A stretch of 64,000 nt of DNA from NCBI GenBank assembly GCA_951804945.1, contig OX638158.1:34658001-34722000 (forward strand), given 5' to 3'. The notes beneath the pieces are model-generated. The model did not search any database. It was not told where the DNA came from and worked only from the letters and a program-made list of their open reading frames with translations. This document shows positions 1 to 12,324 of the stretch, piece by piece (the stretch's first letter is position 1; every line of letters begins with the position of its first letter). Both the position numbers and the translations under genes were made by a program. The stretch comes from Podarcis cretensis (Eukaryota).

Positions 1-409
1 TCTATGATCCACACAGCAGGTGATTCAGATGTCCTCCTAAGCAGCAAATGACACTTTCACAGACTGGAGAGAGTGAAATTCATAATGTCAAAAAGCATGA
101 TCATTATGTTCCAGTGGCCCTTTAGTCTTAGAACATTTTGTTCAGAGTGATTTTGATTACTGCCCAACACCTCTCACCATCTCTTTTACTGTGTTCCATT
201 TCTAATAGGAGCCAGGAGAATCTGCAGAAATGGGCACCACAAAGCTTATGCTCCGAAATCCACATCTTCCCGCAGGTTGTTCTGAAGCCAGGAACTGCCC
301 CATCTGCCTCGATGTTTGTTCATTTGCTTCAGAAACCAGGAGACGCCCCCTTGAATGTGAAACCTTGCCATCGCAATCTCCCCCAAGCCTTGCCTTCTGT
401 TTATTACAG

Positions 410-426
410 AAGATCTGAAGGACTGA
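410..426 (+). CDS. Possible terminal coding exon of a convergent gene (STRA8 expected by synteny), encoding (E)DLKD*
   Basis: Pyrimidine-rich tract ending ttattacAG|AA GAT CTG AAG GAC TGA, with AATAAA at 811-816. STRA8 lies tail-to-tail with CNOT4 in mammals and ends in EDL-like residues (from memory). Very short match; upstream exons would be outside the window. Confidence 0.3.
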
Positions 427-1054
427 ACCCTTTGAATAAGACAGCACTTTGGAATCCGAGATAAATCGCTTTGTAATGAACCAACAGCAATGCACTCATG
501 GAAGTTTGTGGGAACTGCCTTCTTGCTCTTTTATGGCATACATAGCCCATTTATGAAACCTGTCATTATAGGTCAGTTTATGTAAAACACAATAGAGAAA
601 ACATGTATAATCTGAAGCATGCAACCCTATGATATAGGCTGCTTGTTCAAAATTGAAACATACTACTGAAAATGTACCATCTATTCAGGTAACAGTGGGA
701 GCTCTAAAAAGGAAAATGAGTTTTAACATTTATTTTATTTCAAGGCATAGGTTCATAGTACTATTATTTAGTAAAGTGTTTCTTCTGTAGCCAGGTGGAC
801 AACTTGACAGAATAAAGCCACAACCTTTCATGTCATCTCTAGTCTTATTCACTGAGGAAGTAGGAAACAGATTGAATGTTATTTCTCCACAGAATACATG
901 ACTAGATCTACAGAATTCCTATACAAAGTGATTTATTGAGAAGTAATACCACGGGGCAGTATGCAACTAAATACTTCTCCTAGTGCAAGCACGTCTGACT
1001 GGGCAATGGAAGTTCATCTTCTTCTCCTTCCCCTGTGTACCTCCTAAATATGTA

Positions 1055-1254
1055 CAGTGGTACCTTGGAAGTCGAATGGAATCTGTTCCAGAACTCCGTT
1101 CGGAAAACATTGGCTCCTGCAGCCAATTGGAAGCTGCGTCGGACGTTCGGGTTCCAAAGAACGTTCACAAACCGGAAGACTCACTTCCAGGTTTGTGGCA
1201 TTTGGGAGCCCAAACAGTGAACTCGCAAGGCATTTGGGATCCAAGGTACAACTG
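1055..1254. mobile_element. Tc1/mariner (Tigger-like) non-autonomous MITE
   Basis: TA|CAGTGGTACCTTGG ... CCAAGGTACAACTG|TA: terminal inverted repeats with TA target-site duplication. Confidence 0.85.
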
Positions 1255-4200
1255 TACTGGAGACTGGATTTATGGGATACACAAGGGGCAAATGGAAATG
1301 GGAGAGTGAGGGGCAATTCTGTTGCATAGTTAAAAGTGAAAAACTATAGCTGCCCTGTTTAGCTTGATACCACTCGATGGTTTAGTAATACCGGTGACTG
1401 CAAGCCATATGACAAACACAAGATGTGTCTAAGTTCAGACATACTCATTCTTAGATTTGTGACCAGCAACAGGTTAAGTGGTATTATTACGCCTCAGTTG
1501 CTAGTTTCTTTTGATATCTGGCTTCTCATAGTCACTTACATTATGCTGGGATTATGTTGTCTCACCTGGCGCATACAAGTGAGGCCACTCCTAGGGATCC
1601 TGACAACATTGCTGCAGATATGCATCAGCACCTGGGCTGCCCCACAGAATTGTCACCACCAAGGGAACTCTGAGACTGATTAGTACTTTATCTTCTGCCT
1701 TCCTCCTCCCAAAAATGAATGTAAAAACTGGGGCTCAAGGGTGCTACAAGAGAATTGCACATACCAAAACGCTGCCAAACCTTGTAATTCCATACTCCCA
1801 TAAAATGGGGCATGTCATTGATTTCCTCTCCTCACCCTCAGCAAAACAACATAACTAGCCAAGTAAACCATAAAAAGAAACCAGGGAGGGGTGTCTACAA
1901 ATTTGCACAAAACCAGATAGCTGTGTTGGTCTATTGGAGGCAAAACCAAAAGACACAGAAGCTACCTTATTTAGGATCAACCAAAATATCAAACTCACAA
2001 GCAGTATTTCAAGTTCTCCAGATCTCTTATTCAGGCGGGAATTTTAAATAAAAGGTGACAGGGTGGGGAGGAGAAAATGTAGGGCAAATTGTTATGGCCC
2101 AAAGTCATAAGATGGGGACAGGAAAAGACGCACAGACAGATTAGTTTCTGCTGCACCAAGGACAACTGGGAGAAAGTGGTAATAATGACTGTTGCCCAGT
2201 GACATTTCACTAAAAGCAGAAACGTAACTGGTATAAGAATTAGCGTGGTACCTTGCTACATCCTCAAGGAAAGTCCCTATTGAGATCATCTGCTAAAGAA
2301 GGGGTGGGGACATTATCACCCTCTAGATGTTGGTGAACAACAACTCCCATCATCCCTGAGACTTTATATACTGCTTAATCATTAGCATTCCTAAGCAGTG
2401 CACATGAAAATGAACCATACACAAAACAAATTCAACCAGCAAAAACCTGAACACTTATGATGCCCGCTGTAAAAAGAAAGTCTTTGTTACATGCCTGAAG
2501 TTCAGTAAGGAGCATGTCTTTCTAATCTCAATAGGTAGAGGCTGCCAAAGCTTGCACTGACAACGCTCAATGTTTGCTGTGTTGTGCTTACAACTTGGAA
2601 CTTATCTACATTTGCCGAATGCAAGCTATATACAACACATGAAGCAACCTTTTGTGAGGAGTCACATCTACACAAAGTGACTAAGAATTTGCCTTAGGCA
2701 GCAAAAATTATCTAGGATACAGCTGAATAGGTCCCTGCATGTCAACCCTTTCAGACACAGAATTTGAAATTCTGAAATTCACATTATATTAATGCAATAG
2801 AATGTTTATCATTTATGTTAACACATTTTACTTGGTTACTTTTTAATCTCTGGACCCAGAAAACAACTCGTACCAAACCGTGAATTGTGAGCAACAAGTG
2901 GAATTGTAGGACTTGGTTAAATACCTATATTTTCCAGAGTGATGTAGAATCCATTCATCATCTACCGGATGTACCACCATCTTTCTATAATTGTTAGGAA
3001 GAGAATGTAAACTGAACAGGAGAACTAAAACGGGTGTCATCCATTCCTTTCAAATCTATATATAGATATGCATCAAAGTCGGAGAAGATGTACATCCTAA
3101 ATTTATGCATAAAGCAATAAACAAAAGCAGGGGCCAAAAAATAATAATTCTGGTAATACCAAGCAAGTCAATTGGTGTGTAAATCAACTACAGCTAAACA
3201 AACATGGAAGTTGTTATACACAGTATGTATCAAATGCTTATGCATTCATTATGCAAGGATTATTTTATATAAACTCGGTTTTCTATTAAATTCTGTTCTC
3301 AGTGCTAGTTCATTAGTAAGCTAAGATTACATGGCTTTTTCTAAGCATCTTCAATGGCTCTATGGCTGCAAGCATAAGTGTGACCATACTGGATAAAATG
3401 TTTTGGAATTCATGTAAAGAAAACTTGCTTTGAATATCCAGTATATTTGCTAATTTTATAGATAGTAGCTTTTATCAAAGCTTGAATAGGAAAGACTGTA
3501 TGTGCACATTCACACACACACAAATTTTAAGTGCCCAAATGCTTCACACATTCTCAGTAGTCTTTACAACAGGCTGAGAACTTTGAGAATTATCCCCATT
3601 ATAGAAGATGGAATCAGATGCTAATGCCTAACAGCTTGTTTTAAGTCCACACAAAGTGTTTCGTGGCTGAAAATCTGATCTGAACCAGACTTTCTTTAAC
3701 TTCTGGCCTGTGCTATTCAACACTGTACATGCACAGAAATAGAATACTGTATTCAAGAAAAATGTTCATAAAAATGAATGTCATTACAAAAGTTAGACCT
3801 CCTGTATATAAATTGTGTAGACCAAATTAAAAATGTAAACAACAGAAATGCCTGGGTTTTAAATGTTAACTTTTCCCAAAAAGGCACACAATATGCAAAT
3901 CTTATTTGCACACGGTGAGTACATACCAACTTTAAACTTTGCCATAACTAGAGGTAGCCCTCATCTTAGAGGTGGATGATGGTGGCATGTCCTATAGAGC
4001 TCTAACTATGCTCTATGGGGCATGCCATCCTGATATAAAACAATATATTCCTCATAACAGAAAGGCTGGGCTGACTCCAAGGTAAGATTTCAGTCTTTAG
4101 TGAGAATTAAGTGGGTGCCTAAATGCAAGATGTATATTTTTATGTAGGATTATCAGACACATATGCAATCTCACTTTAGAATCTATGGATAAAACAATAC

Positions 4201-4894
4201 ATAAAACTGCTTCACTCTTGCTTTCTCCTGGGGTGAAACTGGAAGCATAAAACATGGTTTATTTGGCTTTGAAACAAGCTATATAGATTCCTTGTGCTGC
4301 CTTCAAGTCCTTCCCCTTCCATCCTGCTTTCTGGGTTTGGAGAGAACCCTTTAAACAGAATTTCCTGGTTTGGAAGTTGTGGTTTAAGCAGCCTACATTA
4401 TCAGACCAGGATTATGTCTGAACCAGGCTGCTGTGATGGAAGGCATTATTTTATTGTTTACAGCACAAAGGGCACACTGATTTTCTGGGCTCAAATAACC
4501 AGAAATTGAACTTTCTCCTGAATATATTAACCCTATTTCTCAGTGTATTTTAAATGCATATGTGCAGTTCCATGTAATAATCAACAGTCAGCAGTGTGCA
4601 AAAAGTGGGAATATACAGAACATAGTCTAGTAAGTATTTTTGGTCTATGTAAGCCCCCATATGCAATATACACTAAACAATTTTGTAATCCGCTTTGGAA
4701 ATGCCAAAAAGCAGGGTGTTAACTGAGGAAAATACAGTAAAGCTGGGCAAGATATGGCACAGAAAAGCTAACGTTGGCACTAGGGCAGATAGGGCAACAG
4801 TCCAATGGGGCATGCACAGAGAGCATGTTTTCTGCCAAACCCATCACATGAACTGACAAAAATGAGCACAAAATCAAAGAAGGAGAACTCACAA

Positions 4895-5949
4895 AAAGCT
4901 GTCATCAAGTTTTCTGTTTTATTTAAGATTTTAGTTTTAATTCTGAAGAAAGAGGTACATTTCCTTGTTTTTAGTTTTAGAGTCAGGTTATAACCATGTT
5001 TAATTTTATCTGTTTCTCTTTTCCTGTCTTTCAATACTGCACAAACGTCCAGAAACTACAAGGTTAAGTAAAAGCTGCAGGCAGAGGTCGTCAAAGGTTG
5101 CGCTCCTGATGGTGATCATGTGGCCCCAATGCAGTGCTATCCCAGAGTGCCTTAATCAGGTGATTTTTTTTAAAAAAAAGGAAAAAAAAGAAAGAGAGAC
5201 TGACAAGGAGACAGAAAGACTGAAGTAAATATCACTCGTGTTTCAGCTGCTTATAATTATATCATGTATATGCTAGGTATTAAATCTGTGAATATTTTTA
5301 AAACATTACGTTTACTTGAAATCTAAAGCCAAAATTTTAAAATATCCCTCTGTTAAACCACTTCTTAGGAACAAGGCAACTTGTCAGTTTATTTCAACAG
5401 GCAAACTGTCCTTCAACCCACTTCATGACAAATCTTACTGACAATACTGTCCCACCCTACCAAACAGAGGGTGGGGGGCTATCTCCCTGCATACTGACAC
5501 ACAGAATGCAAAATAAATGCCAGGCCACTGGTTTTTTTCCTATACCTTGAATCTCTCATTTATATTAAACTGCTTTTACATCGCTGCATTTGATTCTGAA
5601 TTTTATATTATTTCCCCCTACTTGACATTTTCTGCTAGGCTAAAGTAATTCCGTGCAAAAGATTTATGAAAATAATATTTTCCTTTTTATGCACTTTTGA
5701 TTTCTCTCTCTCTCTTTTCTTTGTGTGTTTAAAGAAATTTCAAACACTGGCTTAGCAGAATCTTAAAATAAAATAAAATAAAGAGATATGGTTATGACCC
5801 TGTGATTGCATTGCATTTGGAGGCTGGTGGGGAAGAGTTTTGATCAGGAACTGGATTCTTCAGAAAGAAAGATGTGGAGGAGGGACCATGGGTGGGTGTA
5901 GGAGTCTGGGTGGGGCAATTCCTGCATTTCTAATGTTTTTGAACTTTTC
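4895..5949 (-). other. CNOT4: CNOT4 3'UTR
   Basis: Follows the TAG at 5950-5952. AATAAA on the minus strand at 4918-4923 and 5388-5393; U/GU-rich tract beyond ~4900. The 3' end is approximate. Confidence 0.75.
4918..4923 (-). terminator. CNOT4: Polyadenylation signal AATAAA (distal CNOT4 site)
   Basis: Plus-strand tttatt; downstream on the minus strand is a U/GU-rich element (ctttttgtgagttctccttctttgattttgtg). Confidence 0.7.
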
Positions 5950-6251
5950 CTAATGACGATCCAGCGCTGAGCTCTGTAGTAGATCTGTGGGGGTTTTACT
6001 GGGGGGTCTGAAAGCTGTCTGGAAGCCTGGGGGAGGAGAGTGAAAACTGGCGGGGTTTGAAGGTGGGGAGTAAGGATTCCAACTGGCTCTGTGCAGAGGA
6101 ATCTGTGTGCTGAAGGGGTTACTGTGGGGGGTCTGTGTCGGGGCAGCACTGGGGCCATCCATCTCTGTGAGAGCCTGAAGAGATTTTAGCCAGTGTGGTG
6201 GATTGTCGTCTTGAAGGGTGTCTAAACTGTTTCCAGCGGAGGCTGGGATAC
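5950..6251 (-). CDS. CNOT4: CNOT4 last coding exon (GIPASAGNSLDTLQDDNPPHWLKSLQALTE...PPPGFQTAFRPPSKTPTDLLQSSALDRH*)
   Basis: Acceptor ttcctAG|GT, phase 1, 302 nt, ends in TAG. Matches the CNOT4 long-isoform C-terminus. Confidence 0.96.
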
Positions 6252-6949
6252 CTAGGAAGAAGAGAAAACATAGGAGGAGAAAGAGGTTAAGTCAGAGCAA
6301 GCAAGAATTTCAAATGTGAAGTAGGTCAGCTTAAACCTAACCAATGGCAATGGTAAGAAAACATTATTAGTTGGTACAAAGGACTGTTATAACCGTGTTC
6401 CAGACAAAACAGTAGTTGAGCTTTCACAAGAAACATTTGCCCCTTGGAGAACTTTTCACACTTTCTACAACATTCGTCCAGAGATTTATTCGCAATCTAG
6501 CTCTACCAGATACCATATGCTCCTCTACCTTTTTCCAAATCATGCTTTAGCCTTTAAAAGGGAAACACAAATAGCCTTATAAGAGAGCTTTATAAACAAG
6601 TGGAGTATGTTCCTTTTTAATGAAAAAGAGTCCAGTTAATGTATCAGTGCCTAAAGAATTTCATTGCACAGAACTGGCAAGCCATTAGATCACAGGGCAA
6701 CCTACTAAAGTCTAAAGATGTATTGGGAAGATGCTGAACATGCAACGGATATTGGGATGCAGGGGGCTAATGCCTGGTTTCCCCCCCAAAAGATGCTTGG
6801 ACCTCTAGAAAGTTTGGTGGATGGAAGCTGGAAGAGACCACCGCATAGAGTTGCTTTTCTTTCTTTCTTCCAAAAAAAGCATTGATTAATTTGTGCAAAA
6901 TATGCACTTGGTAATTCTCAGTGGAGCTGAATGAGCGAGAAATTGTTAC

Positions 6950-7162
6950 CTGTGATGATTGCGGGGTCCATCCAGCTGCCAGGGCTGTCCCAATTCAGGC
7001 TGTCGGTGGTGGCAGTGTTGGATGTTGGTACACTGTGGTTGGCGTTGGAGGGGGAAGTAGCATTGGGCAGTCCACCAAAGTTGATGTTAATGTTCGGTAG
7101 AAGTGCCCTTAGCCCGTCCTGCCATTCCTTCATATTTAAACTCTCTACAGAACTGTTGTTGT
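6950..7162 (-). CDS. CNOT4: CNOT4 penultimate coding exon (DNNSSVESLNMKEWQDGLRALLPNININFGG...DPAIIT)
   Basis: tctcccAG|AC ... ACAG|GTAACA, 213 nt, phase 1-1 (skippable in frame). Confidence 0.96.
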
Positions 7163-10100
7163 CTGGGAGATTTATCAACAAAAAAGAAAAAAGAAAATGA
7201 AAGATAGAAAATAAAAAGCTGAAGTTAGAAACAGATGCTGTTTTTAGTGAAAGATGGTGGTTCTCTAAGCATTTAACACTGATTCCCTATCAAGAGAATG
7301 GGGCAGTGATGATAAATCAAGATGAAGCTTGAATGTTGGGCTGCCACAGTACGCACTATTACTTAAGCACGTAATGGAGAAAAGTCCTTCCCCATGAAAA
7401 TCAGGGTTGAAACCACAATGGTTAAAACACACTGATTTTCATTACTAGCAAGAAAAAAACACAACATCTTCAGATGAAAGCTCCCATTGCCCAATGAGAA
7501 GATCTCTTTAGATTTACCAAAGAAGTTCTAACAGCTTCCTACTGAAGAAGATGCAAGACAATGCTACAGAATCTGAACAGGGTTAGAGAATTGTGAAAAC
7601 TTTATACATCACTTGTATTTGTCAGAGGTAGGGAGAACCTGTTTTAGCACAGAGACTCTGAATAAAAAGGAAATCCCTAAGTCTTTTCAGATGAATTCCA
7701 ACCTGCTCTGAAGTTATGAACGACACACTAAAGAACCACACTCATATACATGACTACTAGCTTCAGTCTCTCTAAGGGAAGAGAAATGACTAGTACTAAA
7801 TCGTTACTCTACTAATATTAGGAATATTAGGAATATTTGTATGGCATTCTTTGAACTCCAGTCAAACACACAACTAAGACTTCAAGTCTTAGAGAATTCA
7901 TAACCGGAAGATATGACTAGTTCACATTTACAAAGGACCAGGCAAAGTTTATGGAGAATAGGCCTATCAACAGTTGCTAGTTGTGATAACTAAATGGCAC
8001 TTTGATGTCCGGTGGCAGTACCCCTCTGAGTATTAGATCCTGGAAGCATTAGATTCAGAGGTAACTAGGCAGACACTGTTAACAAAAGAATGCTTGACTA
8101 CATGAATCCTAGGACACAGCAGCTTATTCCCATTATAAAATTATGTTTTTAAAAACTGTTGATTACACATCCAAATTCTATAAATGGTTTAATCAACAAA
8201 AAAGTTAGGCTGGACATGACACGTGTATTGAGAAAAACAGAATGTTGAAAATTTTTTGCAAGGAGAAATATGATCATTTGATTTGTGAATTTCCATACAG
8301 AGACTAAGATGGTCATCTATTGTTCAACTACCACTAATTCCCAATTTATTTGAGCTTTCTTGTTCTGCTGATCTCTGTAGGTATGTTATTTCAGTTCTAT
8401 GTTTAAACACCTACAAGTGACTGAGATGGGTTTCATCTGCTGGTGAAACACGAGGAAGTAACTTGTTGATTCCCCTTTGGCCTGAAGGCTCCAGCACCAC
8501 CTCCCATGCTGTTCTGGAGGGTTCTCCAACCACATGGAGCAGGTGGTTTTTTTTTTGGGTTTTTTTTGGAGGACACAAGCAGCTGAAGGGGAAGCAGGCA
8601 ACTGAAAAGTCATCTCCCCCTCTTCCACCAAAAGAAATGTCTCGTGAGTGGGACTCTGCTTAGGTAGTGGGTCTTGCAGGCATTAGCCAAGTCTGGATCA
8701 AACCAGAATTTGAAAATAAAATAAATGCTGCAACAGTTTTTAAGTTGTCATATTTGTTTGGATACTTAAAGTGACAAATCCTCATCTTTGGTAAGACAGA
8801 TTTTTTTTTTGGGGGGGGGAATACAAAGTAAGGATTAATTACTTGACAATACTTTCTAGAACTAGTGATCCAGAGTCACCTTTCTTCTCTTGTGAACAGC
8901 ATTTGGACAGAGTATACAGCCTTTCTATAACTGATTGAACATCCTCAAGAATCATGAGACAGATTTCAATCTATATCTGTAAAAAGGTCCACTATTAAGA
9001 GCATTTACCCAAGCTATGTCTGACAAGAAGACTGTCTATATTCCTTTTTAGGGAGGGGGGTCTAACTATGTACCGATGAGCACATGCTCATGAAGGCCTT
9101 TCCAGATATACAGTTAAGAGCTGATCTGAAACGGGAGTCAAGAGAGAAATGGGAAAAGAGCAAACAAGCAAGAGGAGCAATGTTTCTCACTCACCGCCCA
9201 TTGAAGTTACAACTATTGCAGCCTTCAATCACAAACCAAGGGTACATAACTGCCCTTCCTCAAGAAGCAAACTTTAAAAGCAAAACCTGAAAGGTGATGT
9301 GGGGTATTGTGAAAATGACCACAGTTTAGAGTCAAATGAATTGCAAAATAAGTGAAAACGGTCTGCCATAGGCAGAGGATTACTGCGTGGACAGTAATTT
9401 ATTTAAATGGGGACAATATTTAACAAAGAAGTTACCCTGGAGGCTGTTCAAGTCATGGGAAAGAAGAAGTGGACTACCAAGCACTGAAAGGCAAATGGCA
9501 CCCATCTCAGAGAGTGAAATAATTTGGGTTGCTCAATATTTGTTGTTAGTAAACCAATGAAAACTATTTTAGCTTAGTATCAGTGTGTAAGAGTAAGCAC
9601 AAAAATTGTGACCTCTCAGCTACCGCTGCAAAGGAACTGTTGCGTGAAACAGGTGGTCTACACTACTTATCACTTCAGGGCTAAACCAAAGCAGTAAGGT
9701 TGTCCTCAACTACTGACAAATACTTCTCAAATACTGAAAAGTGCTCAAAAAAGCAGTCTCTAGGCTTTGAGAGATGCACTGTGCACTCAACTAGGTATCT
9801 GGTGTAGATATAATACTCCCAGTTTGCTATCTACCATTAACCAAATAAGGAGTGGGCAGGCAGGTTCTGTCTCCCCTCTCCATCCTTTCCTTCTGCAGCA
9901 TGAATTCCCGTTGTCCTTCCCCTGCTGACCTTAACCACATTAATTCAGCAGAAACATTAATTGCTACACAGGAATATGGTTTCCGGCTCAGAATTTAGCT
10001 TACTGAGAACCTTGGCTTCTTTGTTTTTACCGCAAGGGTTGAAGCATATGTGATCAATGACTTGTGAAAGCTCAGAAACCAAATATAGTATTATGTTTAA

Positions 10101-10342
10101 TTTATTTATTCTACACCTCTTCACAAAGGAGCCCAGGGTGACAATATGGCTGCGTAATATTTCTAGTGAGGTAGAGTGGGGGCTTGAGGGCTCCTTGCTG
10201 GTCCTGGCCTCTCCTCAAATGGTTAGGAGCAGATAAATGATAGAAACGAAACAAGGTGAAAGGGAAATGCATAATAGAGGTTGTAGAATTCAGAAAGGGT
10301 TACCCTAGTTCAGCAACTTTTTTTCTTCTTAAGTATTTAAGA

Positions 10343-10445
10343 CAGGCCTCCCCAAACTCCCTGACCACTGGTCCTGTTACTGTAGATAGGGATGATGGGA
10401 GTTGTAGTCCCAAAACAGCTGGAGGGCTGAGTTTGGGAATGCCTG
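10343..10445. mobile_element. hAT (Charlie-like) palindromic MITE, left arm partly deleted
   Basis: CAGG...CCTG termini, perfect 8-bp TSD ATTTAAGA (10335-10342 and 10446-10453). Same family as 47680-47815. Confidence 0.85.
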
Positions 10446-12276
10446 ATTTAAGAGTACATATAGCCCTGTGCTCGAGTACTCTGGGATTGGCTAACTCAGG
10501 CACAGTCCTCCTTGAAATCTCAACTACACAAGAGAGAGTGTTATCACGGCTTCCTTCCCAAAAGACCTACATGCAGTTGGAATACAGGTGTCAGTAGGAT
10601 ATTAAAGTGAGGGACTTCCACATAATGTTGGACTCAAACAGGCCAAGCAGTCAGGGATGGTGGGACTGTCTTCTGTTAACCTGTTCTGTGTAATACTAAG
10701 AAATTGTCATAAGGAAAGGCCATACTGCCTATATGGAATAGCTTTTGTTTATCAGCCAAGTTCAATATTGCAAAAGGGAAAAAATACATAGTGAGGCTTT
10801 GGTATTATTCAAATATATTTTATTAACCTGCATTCTAAGTACTGAACTAAAAAAATATTTAACTGGATTATCTTTGACTTTAAGCAATATTGTCCTTAAA
10901 TATTAACTCTGCCCCCAGTGTTTGTTCTTCCCCTTCTCCCGAGGTAAGTAAAAAGAAAGGGGGTGTTCAAATTTTAGTAAGAGGGGAGTTATATTCCTTT
11001 ATAAACCAGAATGGAATCTGAGCCACAATGCAGAATAGGTGCTATTTAGGGCAGCTCAACTTTTAAACAGGACAAAGTACTGTCAATTTTGTATTTACTC
11101 TTATGAAATGGGTGTGATGTGAGAAATGTGTAATCCACAAATGCATGATGTGATACTGCTTTGTCACTTTTGCAACTGCTAAGCAAAAATGTTTTTTCTA
11201 GCAGCGTCTCTGTAATTTGTCGCTTGTTCAGAAGCCACCTATGTTACAGGAATACCGCATGAATTTCAGGCAGATGCGCACCACCAACTTTCAAAAAATG
11301 TATCTGCTATAAAGTGATGAATATAAGAAAAGGCAATGGGCTAGATTAAGGAATCCTTGCTAATATGATCGCAGAACAAGTTTACTAATAGAAAGTAGCT
11401 GTTGACACACAAAATGGTGGTGTTCTAACATCACAACAACATGGTTTATTGTGACATGAATGAGCAAGAAAAGTCTTGGAAAACATTTACCTTTAACTAG
11501 TCACAAATTCCTAATTCATATGAACCAAGGAATACCAGTTTAACACAAACTATGGTCAGTTGCAAAACCACCCAATTTCAAACCATGGGTTATGATGCTA
11601 GCTTATTTAAATTATAGTTACTTTAAATGGGAGAGACAGAGGATAAATACTCTAATGAATGAAATCCATTTTTGCATCAATGAAAACACAAAGAAATGAA
11701 AGACGGGAAATGTTTTGTTTCCTTGTAAATTAGGCTTAAGGAAGAAATGTACAATCTTGAAAATGAATATGAGTAGTTGAACTACAATAAGTGAAATCAA
11801 AACTTATTACTGAAATATTTTAAAACTAAATGCTTCCTGTGTTTTAACAAACTGTTCTTGATCAAGTAGTTAAGAAATTAAGCTGATGCAATTAATTAAA
11901 TGAAGATAGCAACAGTGGTTTTTATATTGTTATAAATTTGACATTCTTCAGTTGAAGTGTATGGGCCATATTTAACCAAGTCATTCTCAGAGTAGACTCA
12001 CTGACATGGATATGACTAACCTAAGTCCACTGATTTCAGTGGGTCTGAGTATGACTTAATCTGATACCATCCTATTTTTAGAATACTTAAATTTCCTTTG
12101 ACTAATTGTATCTTTAATAAACATCATTCAAACATAATCTGCACCAATATATTAATATTTCAATGTTCAATAAGGCTTACTCCAAGTGAGCAGAAGAATC
12201 ATTACTGAAAGTTAATTATTTTCTCAGTGGTCACCCCCTAAACCTGCACATTAAATGGAAATTCTGCTCTTTATCT

Positions 12277-12288
12277 CCCCCCCCCCCA

Positions 12289-12323
<35 letters not shown>

Positions 12324-12324
12324 A
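12277..12324. repeat. C11 run followed by (AAAT)n microsatellite
   Basis: Read directly from the sequence. Confidence 0.95.

Noticed and set aside
138-464. 108-aa and 62-aa plus-strand ORFs with an acceptor-like site at ~208
   Set aside because: No recognisable protein similarity; overlapping ORFs of chance length.
980-1329. Five overlapping ORFs
   Set aside because: Explained by the GC-balanced Tigger-like MITE at 1055-1254.
5844-6158. 104-aa alternative-frame ORF overlapping the last CNOT4 exon
   Set aside because: By-product of Pro/Ser-rich coding sequence. No splice path into this frame was found that avoids earlier stops.
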